From contig CALXTU010000006.1 of NCBI GenBank assembly GCA_944391495.1, forward strand, positions 5,174 through 69,173: 64,000 nt of DNA, read 5' to 3'. Positions 37,147-46,980 of the stretch are shown piece after piece; the stretch's first letter is position 1; each line of letters starts with the position of its first letter. The notes under the pieces are model-generated. The model was not told the origin of the DNA. It was given only the letters and a program-made list of their open reading frames with translations, and searched no databases. The position numbers and the translations under genes are program-made. This stretch comes from an uncultured Alphaproteobacteria bacterium (GTDB lineage: Bacteria; Pseudomonadota; Alphaproteobacteria; RF32; CAG-239).

Positions 37147-38506
37147 CATGTTTTTCACCGTTCAGAATCAATGTCTGCGGCATACCGTCGCTGATAACGG
37201 TAAGCTCCAGCGGGCGGCCGGCTTTCCCGGCATAGGCCGCATAGGAGCTGAGGTCTTCAACCGAACTAACGGTCTTACCGTCGGCTTTGCTGATGATATC
37301 ACCGGCTTTGATGCCTTTGGCAGCCGCCTCAGAATCAGCCAAAACCTCCGAAGCAACAACTTCATGGTTTTCTGCTTCCGCCACCAGACCAAGACTGGCT
37401 ATATAACCGGCCGGCGCGGTATCTTCCTTTGCCGGTTTTTCCTGCGTAGCAGTGGGTTCCGGCATTGCGGCAATCGTCAGGGTAACGTCTTTAATCCGGC
37501 GCTCACGCCATATCCGCAAAATCACGCTTGTTCCGGTCGGCGTTTCGGCAATCCGGCGGGAAAAGTCTTTGGCATTTTTGATATCGGCGCCGTTTAAGGC
37601 CATAATGATGTCACCGGCTTCAATCCCGGCCAGCGCCGCCGGAGAATCTTCCGCCAGCGAACTGACGGTTACGCCGCCGTGAAACTCCGTTTCCGCGCTG
37701 ACCGTCAGCGGTTCGGTGTTGGAAATGACTTTAACGCCGATCCAGCCGCGTTCAACCCTGCCCTTTGACATCAATTGCTCAATAACGAATTTGCTCAGGT
37801 TGACCGGAGTGGCAAAACCGATGCCCATACTGGCGCCGTTTGAAGAAAACAACGCGGTATTAATGCCGACGACCTCTCCCTGCATATTAAACAGCGGTCC
37901 GCCGGAAGAGCCCTGATTTATCGCTGCATCGGTCTGGATAAAGCTGTCATAAGAACCGGCATCAATATCTCGCGATTTGGCACTGACAATGCCGGCGCTG
38001 ACACTGCCGCCGAGCCCGAACGGATTGCCGACGGCCAAAATCCAGTCTCCGGCCCGCAGTTTGTCGGAATCACCAAGCCTGACATAAGGAAGAGCCTCTG
38101 CGGCATCAATTTTCAGCAATGCCAGATCCGTCATCCGGTCGCGGCCGACGACAACCGCATTGTACTGCCGGTCATCGGCCAGCCGGACAATGATTTCATC
38201 GGCTTTGTCAATTACATGATTATTGGTTACGATATAGCCTTTGCTGTCAATCAAAAAACCGGAGCCGAGCGAGGTGCGACCGCCCTCGTCCCGCAAAAAA
38301 TAATCGCGCAGATATTCGTTGGCGCTCAAGACTTCGGGCATTGCCGAGCCGGCGGCTTCCTGCCTGACGGTGGATATATTAACCACACCGGGCAGCAATT
38401 CCTCGACCAAATCGGCAAACGACTGCCGGCATTCGGCCTTTTCCTGCGCCGCAACCGGCGAAGGAAACGCCAACAGCAAAAAAAGCAAAGTCACATATCT
38501 AAACAA
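37136..38506 (-). CDS. periplasmic serine endoprotease DegP/HtrA family (two PDZ domains)
   Basis: Signal peptide, catalytic 'TNNHVI', 'DLALLKI' and 'GSSGGPLFN', followed by two PDZ-like segments. Confidence 0.9.
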   Translation of the reverse strand: MFRYVTLLFLLLAFPSPVAAQEKAECRQSFADLVEELLPGVVNISTVRQEAAGSAMPEVLSANEYLRDYFLRDEGGRTSLGSGFLIDSKGYIVTNNHVIDKADEIIVRLADDRQYNAVVVGRDRMTDLALLKIDAAEALPYVRLGDSDKLRAGDWILAVGNPFGLGGSVSAGIVSAKSRDIDAGSYDSFIQTDAAINQGSSGGPLFNMQGEVVGINTALFSSNGASMGIGFATPVNLSKFVIEQLMSKGRVERGWIGVKVISNTEPLTVSAETEFHGGVTVSSLAEDSPAALAGIEAGDIIMALNGADIKNAKDFSRRIAETPTGTSVILRIWRERRIKDVTLTIAAMPEPTATQEKPAKEDTAPAGYIASLGLVAEAENHEVVASEVLADSEAAAKGIKAGDIISKADGKTVSSVEDLSSYAAYAGKAGRPLELTVISDGMPQTLILNGEKHGAN

Positions 38507-38518
38507 GCACTATCGTCC

Positions 38519-39385
38519 TTATCTGGTTTGTTTGAAATAGCGGAAGAATTCACTGTCCGGCGACAAGACAAGCGAAGTGCCGTCTTTGTCGGACAAAGAA
38601 TTTTTATAGGCCTCTAGCGAACGGTAAAAAGCAAAGAAACGGGGATCAATGCCAGCGGCTTTATTCCAGATTTCAATGGCCTGACGATCACCCTCGCCGC
38701 GGATAATCTGCGCCTGTTTTTCGGCCTCGGCAATAATCACGGCGCGCTCTTTTTCGGCCTCGGCGCGGATCTTCTGCGCTTCCTGCTGACCGGTGGCGCG
38801 GAACTCTTTGGCTTCGCGCTCGCGTTCGGTCTTCATCCGGGCATTAATCGCCTGCAAGACCTCTACCGGCAAATCGGCACGACGAATACGAACATCGGCG
38901 ACATTAACGCCGATCTGTTCGGCATCAAGTTTAACCGCGTTGGAAATATCGGCCATAATCTGAGTACGCTGACTTGACAACAGCTCCTGCAGTGTGCTGC
39001 GGCCCAAAACTTTGCGCACCGAGGAATTGACGATTTCTTCCAGTTTGGAGCGCGCCTGAACTTCCGTACGAACCGTCTGATAGAACTTGAGCGGATCAAC
39101 AATCCGGTAGCGGGTGAAGTTGTCAACATCCAAACGTTTTTTGTCATTCAGCACGACTTCCTGTGCCGGCGGTTCCAAATTCAGCAGACGATTGTCATAA
39201 AAGATAACTTTCTGAATGAACGGGGCTTTAACTTTTAGTCCGGGTTCTTTAATTTCGCGCATCGGTTCGCCGAACTGCAAAATTATCGCCTGTTCGGTCT
39301 GGGCGACGACGAACAGCGAATCCGCGGCAACAATCAAGACAGCTGCCAGAATTATGCCGAGCGTTATTTTTATTTTATCCTGCAT
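38519..39385 (-). CDS. hflC: protease modulator HflC
   Basis: N-terminal TM plus an SPFH/band-7 domain. It is immediately downstream of hflK with a 1-nt overlap. Confidence 0.85.
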   Translation of the reverse strand: MQDKIKITLGIILAAVLIVAADSLFVVAQTEQAIILQFGEPMREIKEPGLKVKAPFIQKVIFYDNRLLNLEPPAQEVVLNDKKRLDVDNFTRYRIVDPLKFYQTVRTEVQARSKLEEIVNSSVRKVLGRSTLQELLSSQRTQIMADISNAVKLDAEQIGVNVADVRIRRADLPVEVLQAINARMKTEREREAKEFRATGQQEAQKIRAEAEKERAVIIAEAEKQAQIIRGEGDRQAIEIWNKAAGIDPRFFAFYRSLEAYKNSLSDKDGTSLVLSPDSEFFRYFKQTR

Positions 39386-40410
39386 CAGTTGCCTCCTTTA
39401 TTCAGCTTATCCAGCGGCAGATACGGTACAACCCCGTTCTTAACCCCGGAATCGATAATCACTTTGTCCGCTCCGGACAAAACCTGCTCCATAGCCTCCA
39501 GATACAGGCGTTTGACGGTAACATCACGGCCGTTTTTATAAGCCTCGTAAACCGAGATAAAACGGTCGGCCTCACCTTGGGCTTTGTTTACGACAGTCTG
39601 CCGATAAGCTTCGGCGTTTTGCAGACGCTGCGCCGCCTCACCGCGGGATTTCGGAACAATTTCATTGCGATAGGCCTCGGCCTCGTTTTTAAAACGCTCC
39701 ATATCGGCTTTGGCGCGCTGAACTTCGTTAAACGCATCAACAACCTGTTTCGGCGGATCGGCCTTTTGCAGTTTGACACGAACAATCCGGATACCGGCAC
39801 CGTATTCGTCCAAAACCTTTTGCAACTCTTCTTTGGTATCATCTTCAACCTTGCCGCGATCGCCGGAAATAATCGGCATCATCTTAGACTGACCGACGAT
39901 TTCGCGCAAGACCGACTGTGCCGCCACCCGAACCGTCTGATCAGGGTTTTGCATATTAAAGACATAATCTTTGGCATTTTCAATCCGCCAGACAATCGTC
40001 AGATTGATATCAACAATGTTCTCATCGCCGGTCAGCATATGGCTTTCGGTAAAGGTGTTGGCCGAAACATTCTGCTCCTGTACACCGAGGTTGATACTGC
40101 GCTCCTGAGTGATGTTGACCTTGCGCACGTTTTCTATCGGATAGGGCAGATGATAATGAAGCCCCGGAGTTGTCGTGTCGGCATAGGCACCAAAACGCAA
40201 AACGACGCCCTCTTCGTTAGGCTGTACCTGATAAAAACCCGACGCCAGCCACAACAAAACAACGGCGGCGGCCGCCCACCACCATTTGAAAGTAATTTCA
40301 ACCGGCTTTTTCGGCTTGAAAGGTTTAATCTTTTGCGGAGGGATACCGGAATCCGACCACGGATTGTCAAAATTGTCGTTATCGTCCCACGGACTCGGAT
40401 TTTTAGCCAT
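39385..40410 (-). CDS. hflK: protease modulator HflK
   Basis: 'NPSPWDDNDNFDNPW' N-terminus, a TM, an SPFH domain and a coiled-coil 'AEAYRNEIVPKSRGEAAQ'. Start at the ATG of 'MAKNPSPW' (RBS AAAGGA). Confidence 0.85.
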   Translation of the reverse strand: MAKNPSPWDDNDNFDNPWSDSGIPPQKIKPFKPKKPVEITFKWWWAAAAVVLLWLASGFYQVQPNEEGVVLRFGAYADTTTPGLHYHLPYPIENVRKVNITQERSINLGVQEQNVSANTFTESHMLTGDENIVDINLTIVWRIENAKDYVFNMQNPDQTVRVAAQSVLREIVGQSKMMPIISGDRGKVEDDTKEELQKVLDEYGAGIRIVRVKLQKADPPKQVVDAFNEVQRAKADMERFKNEAEAYRNEIVPKSRGEAAQRLQNAEAYRQTVVNKAQGEADRFISVYEAYKNGRDVTVKRLYLEAMEQVLSGADKVIIDSGVKNGVVPYLPLDKLNKGGN

Positions 40411-40513
40411 TATTGTCCTTTCTGTCACTTTTTTAGTTGCATCATCCGGATTATATAATATAAATACCTCAAGAAAACAACAATCGCCAATCTATCAACA
40501 GGAGAAACCGGAT

Positions 40514-41497
40514 ATGGAAAACAGCGTACGGGATATCGTTTTGCAATATTTTGCTCCCGAAAACATAAACTCGGTCGTCGTGGCGGGAAATCGTGCTATC
40601 GTCACTTTGCAAAATGTTCCCGAAGATAAAGAAAAAGCCGCAAAATTGAGCGATGAGATTCTGAAACTTGACGGCATCGGTAAAGCCAATGTTATTTTTA
40701 CCGCAGCCAAAGACGCTCCGTCACTGCAACAGGAACCGAATATGTGGCAGGTTAACGGGGTTAAAAAAATTTATGCCGTGGCCTCGGGCAAAGGAGGCGT
40801 CGGCAAATCGACCACCGCGGTCAATCTGGCTCTGGCCTTGGCCTCCCTCGGTAAAAAAGTGGCGTTGTTTGATGCCGACATTTACGGCCCCTCCATTCCG
40901 ACAATGCTCGGTTATGAAAACGAACCGGCCGTTTCGCTCGACGGACAGACTTTTGAGCCTTTCAGGGCATCGGGTATTACCTCAATGTCTATCGGCTCAT
41001 TGATTGACCGTGATACGCCGGTTATCTGGCGCGGGCCCAAAGCCTGCGGCGCCATAGAGCAGCTTTTGACCGAGGTCAACTGGGGGGACACGGATATCAT
41101 GATCCTTGATATGCCTCCGGGAACCGGCGATATTCAGATCAGTATATCGCAGCGTTTGAAGCTTGACGGCGCCATTATTGTTTCCACACCTCAGGATATT
41201 GCCCTGATTGACGCCGTCAAGGGGGTTAACATGTTCCGCAAGGTTAATGTGCCGATTTTGGGAATTGTTGAAAATATGAGCTATTATATTTGTCCGAAAT
41301 GCGGCAATCGTGACGAAATTTTCGGCCACGCCGGCGCTGCCGAAACCGCTGATCGTCTCGGGGTCAGGTTCTTAGGAGAAATTCCTCTGCACTATTCCAT
41401 CCGCACCCATTCGGACGACGGCAGGCCTATCGTCGCCGCCGAACCCGAAAGCCCTTATGCCAAAGCTTATATCGAAATTGCCCGCAAACTGGTTTAA
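40514..41497 (+). CDS. Mrp/ApbC/NBP35-family Fe-S cluster carrier ATPase
   Basis: Deviant Walker A 'VASGKGGVGKSTTAVNLA' and 'CPKCG' cluster-ligand motif. Start moved to the ATG at 40514 after GGAGAA. The track's 40286 start runs antisense through the hflK start. Confidence 0.9.
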   Translation: MENSVRDIVLQYFAPENINSVVVAGNRAIVTLQNVPEDKEKAAKLSDEILKLDGIGKANVIFTAAKDAPSLQQEPNMWQVNGVKKIYAVASGKGGVGKSTTAVNLALALASLGKKVALFDADIYGPSIPTMLGYENEPAVSLDGQTFEPFRASGITSMSIGSLIDRDTPVIWRGPKACGAIEQLLTEVNWGDTDIMILDMPPGTGDIQISISQRLKLDGAIIVSTPQDIALIDAVKGVNMFRKVNVPILGIVENMSYYICPKCGNRDEIFGHAGAAETADRLGVRFLGEIPLHYSIRTHSDDGRPIVAAEPESPYAKAYIEIARKLV

Positions 41498-43131
41498 TTG
41501 TCGGCAAAAAGCTTGACATCGTTGGGGAAATTAACGTCCAAAAGTTTTTTCTTATCTTTAACCTCAACGCTTTTGGTATAGTCGGCATGCTCGGCAAAGA
41601 CAACTCTGGTCATGGCGTTTTCAGGCACGATATCCGCTTTGTCGTAAAGCGAACGACTCCATAAAACCGGATTGCTTTTAACCCCCTTGGCGGTAAACAG
41701 ACATAGCTGCTTGTCCGCCGTCCGGTCAAACCTGCTTATCAGTTTATTCAAATCCGCGGCGGTAATGTTCGGCATATCCGCCGGCAGCAGAATTGCGCCG
41801 TCACAGCTTGACGGTATTGATTTCAGCCCCATATTGATTGAGGTTTTGATACCGGAAGCAAACGCCGGATTATACAGCACATTGATATCCAGCCTATCAA
41901 GCCACTCTTCCATTTCGTCATGCCGGTAACCGGTAACCACAAATACCGGTTTGGCATCGGAGGCAATGGCCGCATTGACCGCCCGCATAAACATCGGTTC
42001 GCCTTTCTTATCCGCCGTCATCAGCTTGTTGGTTCCCGAACGCCGTCCCTGCCCGGCAGCCAAGACAACTATACCGATATCGGCCTTTTCACCTGCGGCA
42101 GACTTACCCTCCGGCATAATGAGCCGCCCCATATGCTCTTCCGGCAGCGGATCAATTTCCGTCAACGGCACCGAACGTTTGTGCGCAAAAGAAGCCTCGC
42201 TCAAATGGGGCGTAAAAACGGCATGTTTAATCAGGCCGTCGATAGCCGAGGTTTCCGCCATATCATAGGCGTGCGGCACCACGATTATTTTGCAGCCGGC
42301 TTTTTGTCCTACCTGCAGATCAGACGCCCCGATTTGCGGCAGGCTGTAATTAACGACCTCATCTGCCGCCATGGCCAGGCCGGAAGCAACGACATCCCGC
42401 CGTCCGGACGATCTTAAAGGGCTTAAAACAAAAACGACATCGGCTTTTGCGGCAAAAGCATCAAACAACGAATCGGCCAAAGTTTCCGTATCATAACGGC
42501 TGCTGATTTCCTGTTTAAAATCAAGTCCCAGTCCTTCAAGATTAGTCACCAGTTTCATCACCACCGCGGTAAAATGGCGGTTTTCGTCTTCATCGTTCAA
42601 TAAATGCGGATAAACCAACACCGCTTTTTTGTCATTGACCGGACTCAGGCTCAAAAGACTGTCGTTGCCGGAAAGCCGGAAAATTATGTCGTCAACCTCA
42701 TTTTCAGTGACCAGCGGCGGCGTAATTTCCAGCGAGGCGATAATATCGCCTTTTTTGATCACACTGTGCGGCGGAATGGTGTTTAAAATAAAATGTTCGT
42801 TAAAACCGTTAAACTTATCCAACCGGCTTTCATCAGCAACAAAAACGCCGTCCTGCGCCGCTACAATCCGGCAAACACCGTCGCTTTCCGTCAGATAGCC
42901 CAGCCCTTTGCCGCAAATATGCGCGGCCGTCTGATGCAGTGCTATTTTATAACTGACGTCGCCTTCTTCAAACTCGACACCAAATAACTGCCTGAGGCCA
43001 TAGGTTTTAAAGACGACAATATCCTCCTGCCGGACGACGTGCCCTTTGGCATAAAAATTTTCGCCCAGAACGATATCGCTGCACAGAATGATGCCTGCCG
43101 CCTGGTTAATGTTAAAGGTGCCGTAATGCAT
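41494..43131 (-). CDS. fusion of a molybdopterin-binding (MoeA/CinA-like) domain and a MobA/MocA-like nucleotidyltransferase domain
   Basis: The C-terminal 'GIVVLAAGQGRRSGTNKL...LLPADMPNI' is the MobA-like NTP-transferase signature. The N-terminal ~330 aa resemble MoCF-biosynthesis/molybdopterin-binding folds. Confidence 0.55.
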   Translation of the reverse strand: MHYGTFNINQAAGIILCSDIVLGENFYAKGHVVRQEDIVVFKTYGLRQLFGVEFEEGDVSYKIALHQTAAHICGKGLGYLTESDGVCRIVAAQDGVFVADESRLDKFNGFNEHFILNTIPPHSVIKKGDIIASLEITPPLVTENEVDDIIFRLSGNDSLLSLSPVNDKKAVLVYPHLLNDEDENRHFTAVVMKLVTNLEGLGLDFKQEISSRYDTETLADSLFDAFAAKADVVFVLSPLRSSGRRDVVASGLAMAADEVVNYSLPQIGASDLQVGQKAGCKIIVVPHAYDMAETSAIDGLIKHAVFTPHLSEASFAHKRSVPLTEIDPLPEEHMGRLIMPEGKSAAGEKADIGIVVLAAGQGRRSGTNKLMTADKKGEPMFMRAVNAAIASDAKPVFVVTGYRHDEMEEWLDRLDINVLYNPAFASGIKTSINMGLKSIPSSCDGAILLPADMPNITAADLNKLISRFDRTADKQLCLFTAKGVKSNPVLWSRSLYDKADIVPENAMTRVVFAEHADYTKSVEVKDKKKLLDVNFPNDVKLFADN

Positions 43132-43148
43132 GGTGTTTCAGACTTCCT

Positions 43149-44756
43149 TTACTGCAAATAATTCAGCAGCGACAGATTCATCACACTGCTCAAAACCTGA
43201 TATGAAGCTTCAAGCGATGTCTGTGCCTCCAGAAGCTTAACCGCTGCCTCCGTTTTATCAACGTTCTTTATGGAATAAACATTGTTTTCCAGCGTTGTAT
43301 TATTCAGCTCCAGAGTTTCCTGAACATTGTTCAGCGTTACATAATTGGCCGAAATTTTGGCAATCACCAAAGACAGCGTTTCATTTTTACCACTGGTCGC
43401 CTTGCCGTTGTTGTCAATGGCCGATTGCAACAAGTCCATCGCTTCGTTAACAAGCTGATTAACCTCTTCCGCATTGGTAACATTGCCGTCTGCATCGGTT
43501 TGAATCAGATTTCCCTGGGCTATTTGGCCGAAAGCCCGGAACAGTTTGTCAAACACGCTGTCGTTGGCGCTGATGTCCAGCGTGATACTCTGGTTGTCGG
43601 AAACACGGAACGTTTCGGTTGCCGAACCGCCGATATAATAACTGTCGGAAGTCAGGCTCCATTTGTCCGACGCCGGAACCGTAACCGGAAGATTGCCGAA
43701 ATAGCTTTCATCGGCACGAACAATCAAATCGCCGTTGTCTTTAATGCCGATGACCTGCATGGTCGGCGCAACGTCATCGCTGCCCGAAAAATTAACCACC
43801 GTGCCGACGGCAAAAGACGTGCTGATGGAAACGGCTTGTCCGTTGGCTCCGGCACCGTTGGTATACACAACGTCGGCGGCAACCGGCGTATCTTCGGAAA
43901 ATGTGATGGTTTTGCCGTCAGCCGAAACTGATTCAACGATATAAGCTTTGTTTTGACCGTTTTCGTCGGTGAAAATCATCGTGTCACCGGCGCCGATGGT
44001 ATTAAACGCGCCGCGAACCGTTGATTTCAGCGTATTATCCGTTGCCGAAAAAGTCAAATCGCCCGTTGTAGCCTCACCGCCGGTAACCGCAACGGTCGTA
44101 AAGCCGTTGGCCGCTGACAAAACAAATTCGTTGTCCGCCGCTCCGGCATCTTTACTGACGGTCAGGTCACCGCTATCTGCCGCACTTGCCGTCCGGCTGG
44201 AAAGGTTGGCATTGGAGGTGGACGGATATTTGATATTTATGCCGTCATAATAACTTTGAAATTCTTCCAGGGTGGTAAAGCCGAATTTGGTCGGTGCCGA
44301 AGAAGAACCCGCGCCGAAAATATATTTGCCAGCAACCGATGTATTTAAGGCATCTGACAATAAAGACATTCCCGCAAAGGCAACCGTTTGCAAATCGGAT
44401 AACGACGATGAAACATCGGAGGTAACCGGCTCGCCGTTTTTTAAATCACTCAGTGCCGACAAAAGGCTGTTCAACTGGCTTTTGAACGAGCTCACCGAAT
44501 CTTCGACACTTTCCATTACCGTACTCATTGCCTCTATTGTCGTATTGAGGACAACATTGTTGTCGGAAAAGGTCTGATTGACAGCAAGAGCAGCTTCCAT
44601 ATTGACAATATTTGATGCGTTCATGCCATAGCCGCCGTAGTTGGAATATTTGATACCGGTTGTCGCCTGATAGCTGTACATTTCCATCAGTGATTTGGTC
44701 TGCATGCTGGTGCTTAACAGACTCATATAACTTGCATGTGTCGGAACTCTAACCAT
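43149..44756 (-). CDS. flgL: flagellar hook-associated protein 3 (hook-filament junction)
   Basis: Flagellin-like N-terminal helix ('RVPTHASYMSLLSTSMQTKSL...') and C-terminal helix ('AVKLLEAQTSLEASYQVLSSVMNLSLLNYL'). It sits directly after flgK. Confidence 0.7.
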   Translation of the reverse strand: MVRVPTHASYMSLLSTSMQTKSLMEMYSYQATTGIKYSNYGGYGMNASNIVNMEAALAVNQTFSDNNVVLNTTIEAMSTVMESVEDSVSSFKSQLNSLLSALSDLKNGEPVTSDVSSSLSDLQTVAFAGMSLLSDALNTSVAGKYIFGAGSSSAPTKFGFTTLEEFQSYYDGINIKYPSTSNANLSSRTASAADSGDLTVSKDAGAADNEFVLSAANGFTTVAVTGGEATTGDLTFSATDNTLKSTVRGAFNTIGAGDTMIFTDENGQNKAYIVESVSADGKTITFSEDTPVAADVVYTNGAGANGQAVSISTSFAVGTVVNFSGSDDVAPTMQVIGIKDNGDLIVRADESYFGNLPVTVPASDKWSLTSDSYYIGGSATETFRVSDNQSITLDISANDSVFDKLFRAFGQIAQGNLIQTDADGNVTNAEEVNQLVNEAMDLLQSAIDNNGKATSGKNETLSLVIAKISANYVTLNNVQETLELNNTTLENNVYSIKNVDKTEAAVKLLEAQTSLEASYQVLSSVMNLSLLNYLQ

Positions 44757-44774
44757 TGTTTATCCCTCCCTGTC

Positions 44775-46961
44775 TTAATTGACCAAACCGAGCAGTACGT
44801 CCAAAATCTCACGGGACGCCGTAAAGACCTGCGCACAAGCCGCATACGACTGCTGGTAAATAATCAGCTGCGACAACTCTTCATCCAGATCAATACCGCT
44901 GACTTGAGCCTCTTTATATGAGATGGCTTCCGTTAAGGCCGTCTGATATTCATAAGACGACTGCGCCGTGTTGGTCAAACTGGCAACATTGCCGACAAAC
45001 GTTGACGTATAATTGGCAATCGTCGTTGATGTCTGGGCCATATCGCCGGATTGCTTGAAACTTTGCGTTGATGTGAAAACTTCTGCCAAAGCATTGGCAA
45101 TATTGTTTGATGCGCCGTTAATGACATAGGCACCTTTGGATGAGTCAAAATCAGGCGAACCGGCGGCAATCAAATTGGCATTTTCGGTAATATCCTCCCT
45201 GACGCCGATGACTGACGCATAGCCGCAGTTTGACGGAGCCATATCCAACTTATCCAGAACACCGCCGCCGGTTGTTTCGGCTATTTCAAGCTGCGCCCCC
45301 TCAAGGCTTTCTATCCGCAACATATAGCCGTCGCCGTTAGAAACAAGCGAAGCCTTAATATGCGTGTTTAAGTCCGGATTATTATTAATTTGATCGGCAA
45401 TATCTTGAATCGTCATGGTGCGGGTGATGGTAATCGAACCATAATCCAAACCATTGACGGAATCTGAAAAGCTCCATGTCGTGGCCGCATTGACACCGAC
45501 TGCCGACGTACTGCTGACAACTTTGGAATCATAGATATAATCGGGCTTTTCGGTTGTAAAAAAGTCATTCAACCCGAAAAAGTCCGAAAAACCTTTTTCG
45601 GTTGAATCGTAAATTCCGTCGCCGTTGGCGTCAAAGCTCAGTGTGGCGTCCTGCTGGTCAGATCCCGGTGTCGAACTTGCCTCGTCAATGATAGATATCG
45701 TATAATCGCTGTCGCCGGTGCTGATAACCAGATTGCCGGTACCATTCATATAAACCTCAGCTGATGACAAATTGCCGCCGTCGGCCGAACGCAGCCAGTC
45801 TTGCAGGCTTGTCATCATATCGCTCAGCGAACCTTCCGTAAAACCGATACCGCCGGCCAAAGTCGTCGTTGCGACCTGATTGCCGTCCGCATCAAAGATG
45901 ACAAACCGGACGTCCCCGTTATCAATGCGGATATTCTGGTTGTATTCGCCGGTTACATTGTTTCCGATAAAGGTTGCCGTTCCGGTCATTTCGGACGGCA
46001 TATTCGGATAGGCAGTTCCCTGATTGTGAACCGCATTAATCTGATTATATAAAACATAGGCCAGTTCGTCCAACTGACTTTGCAGTGACGGCAAGGTCTG
46101 GTCGCGGATTTCAATCAGGCCGCCGATTGAACCACCGGTTAACTTTGAGGTGACATCCACACCGTCAACATAAATTCCCTGAATATTACCGCTGTCATAA
46201 CTGTTGTCGGCGCCGACCTGGGCCAAAGCCGAATGAGAAAGCGTATGTACTTCGTTGTCCAGCAACATAACACCCGACGTTGTTTGAACAACAACCTCAC
46301 CGTTGTCCCGGGTATAATAGGTGATATCCAGATAAGAACTTAATTCCCGTAAAGCCGTGTCGCGCTGATCCTGCAGGTTGGCGACACCGTCGCGGTTTAA
46401 AACCGTGTATTTGACGATGTCGGTATTTAACGAATCAATCGTATTCAACAATGAGTTGATGCTGGATACGGCATCGTTGATTTCCATATCGGCATCGCCG
46501 CGCAGCGTTTGGATATTGGTGGACAGATAATTGAGCTTATTGGTCAGATTCTGGGCTTCGCTCAACAGATTATACCGCGATGCCGCCGAAGTTACGTTGG
46601 AGGCAAAAGTTTCAAAAGCACTCTGCAAATCACTGACGTTTGAGGCCACCGAATTGCCGGCTTCGGTTGTTCCCATAAGGTTGTCCAGCCGGCTCAGATA
46701 TTCGTACTGGCTTGACAAAGAAGACGTCTGCGCATTTGAGGACAAGAAACTTTTTAACAGCCCCTGATCAACCGTGCGCTGCGTATTACCCAACGTAACT
46801 CCCATTGTATTACCGGCCGCCACCAAAGCCGACTGGCTGGCGGTTTTGCGGGTGTAGCCCTCGGTATCAACGTTGGCAATATTGTTGCTGACAATTTCCA
46901 ACTGGGCCTGAGCCACTTTCATTCCCGATAAGGCGCTTGAAATACTGTTGAGTAGTGCCAT
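44775..46961 (-). CDS. flgK: flagellar hook-associated protein 1
   Basis: 'MALLNSISSALSGMKVAQAQLEIVSNNIANVDTEGYTRK' N-terminus and C-terminal 'DEELSQLIIYQQSYAACAQV'. Start at the ATG at 46961 (RBS GGAGAA). The track's 47087 start is an Arg-rich junk extension overlapping the upstream gene. Confidence 0.85.
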   Translation of the reverse strand: MALLNSISSALSGMKVAQAQLEIVSNNIANVDTEGYTRKTASQSALVAAGNTMGVTLGNTQRTVDQGLLKSFLSSNAQTSSLSSQYEYLSRLDNLMGTTEAGNSVASNVSDLQSAFETFASNVTSAASRYNLLSEAQNLTNKLNYLSTNIQTLRGDADMEINDAVSSINSLLNTIDSLNTDIVKYTVLNRDGVANLQDQRDTALRELSSYLDITYYTRDNGEVVVQTTSGVMLLDNEVHTLSHSALAQVGADNSYDSGNIQGIYVDGVDVTSKLTGGSIGGLIEIRDQTLPSLQSQLDELAYVLYNQINAVHNQGTAYPNMPSEMTGTATFIGNNVTGEYNQNIRIDNGDVRFVIFDADGNQVATTTLAGGIGFTEGSLSDMMTSLQDWLRSADGGNLSSAEVYMNGTGNLVISTGDSDYTISIIDEASSTPGSDQQDATLSFDANGDGIYDSTEKGFSDFFGLNDFFTTEKPDYIYDSKVVSSTSAVGVNAATTWSFSDSVNGLDYGSITITRTMTIQDIADQINNNPDLNTHIKASLVSNGDGYMLRIESLEGAQLEIAETTGGGVLDKLDMAPSNCGYASVIGVREDITENANLIAAGSPDFDSSKGAYVINGASNNIANALAEVFTSTQSFKQSGDMAQTSTTIANYTSTFVGNVASLTNTAQSSYEYQTALTEAISYKEAQVSGIDLDEELSQLIIYQQSYAACAQVFTASREILDVLLGLVN

Positions 46962-46980
46962 GGTCGTTCTCCTTCTGTGA

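Noticed and set aside
40286-40513. A 76-codon N-terminal extension of the Mrp ATPase ORF.
   Set aside because: It runs antisense across the hflK start and promoter region. The conserved Mrp N-terminus begins at the ATG at 40514, preceded by GGAGAA.
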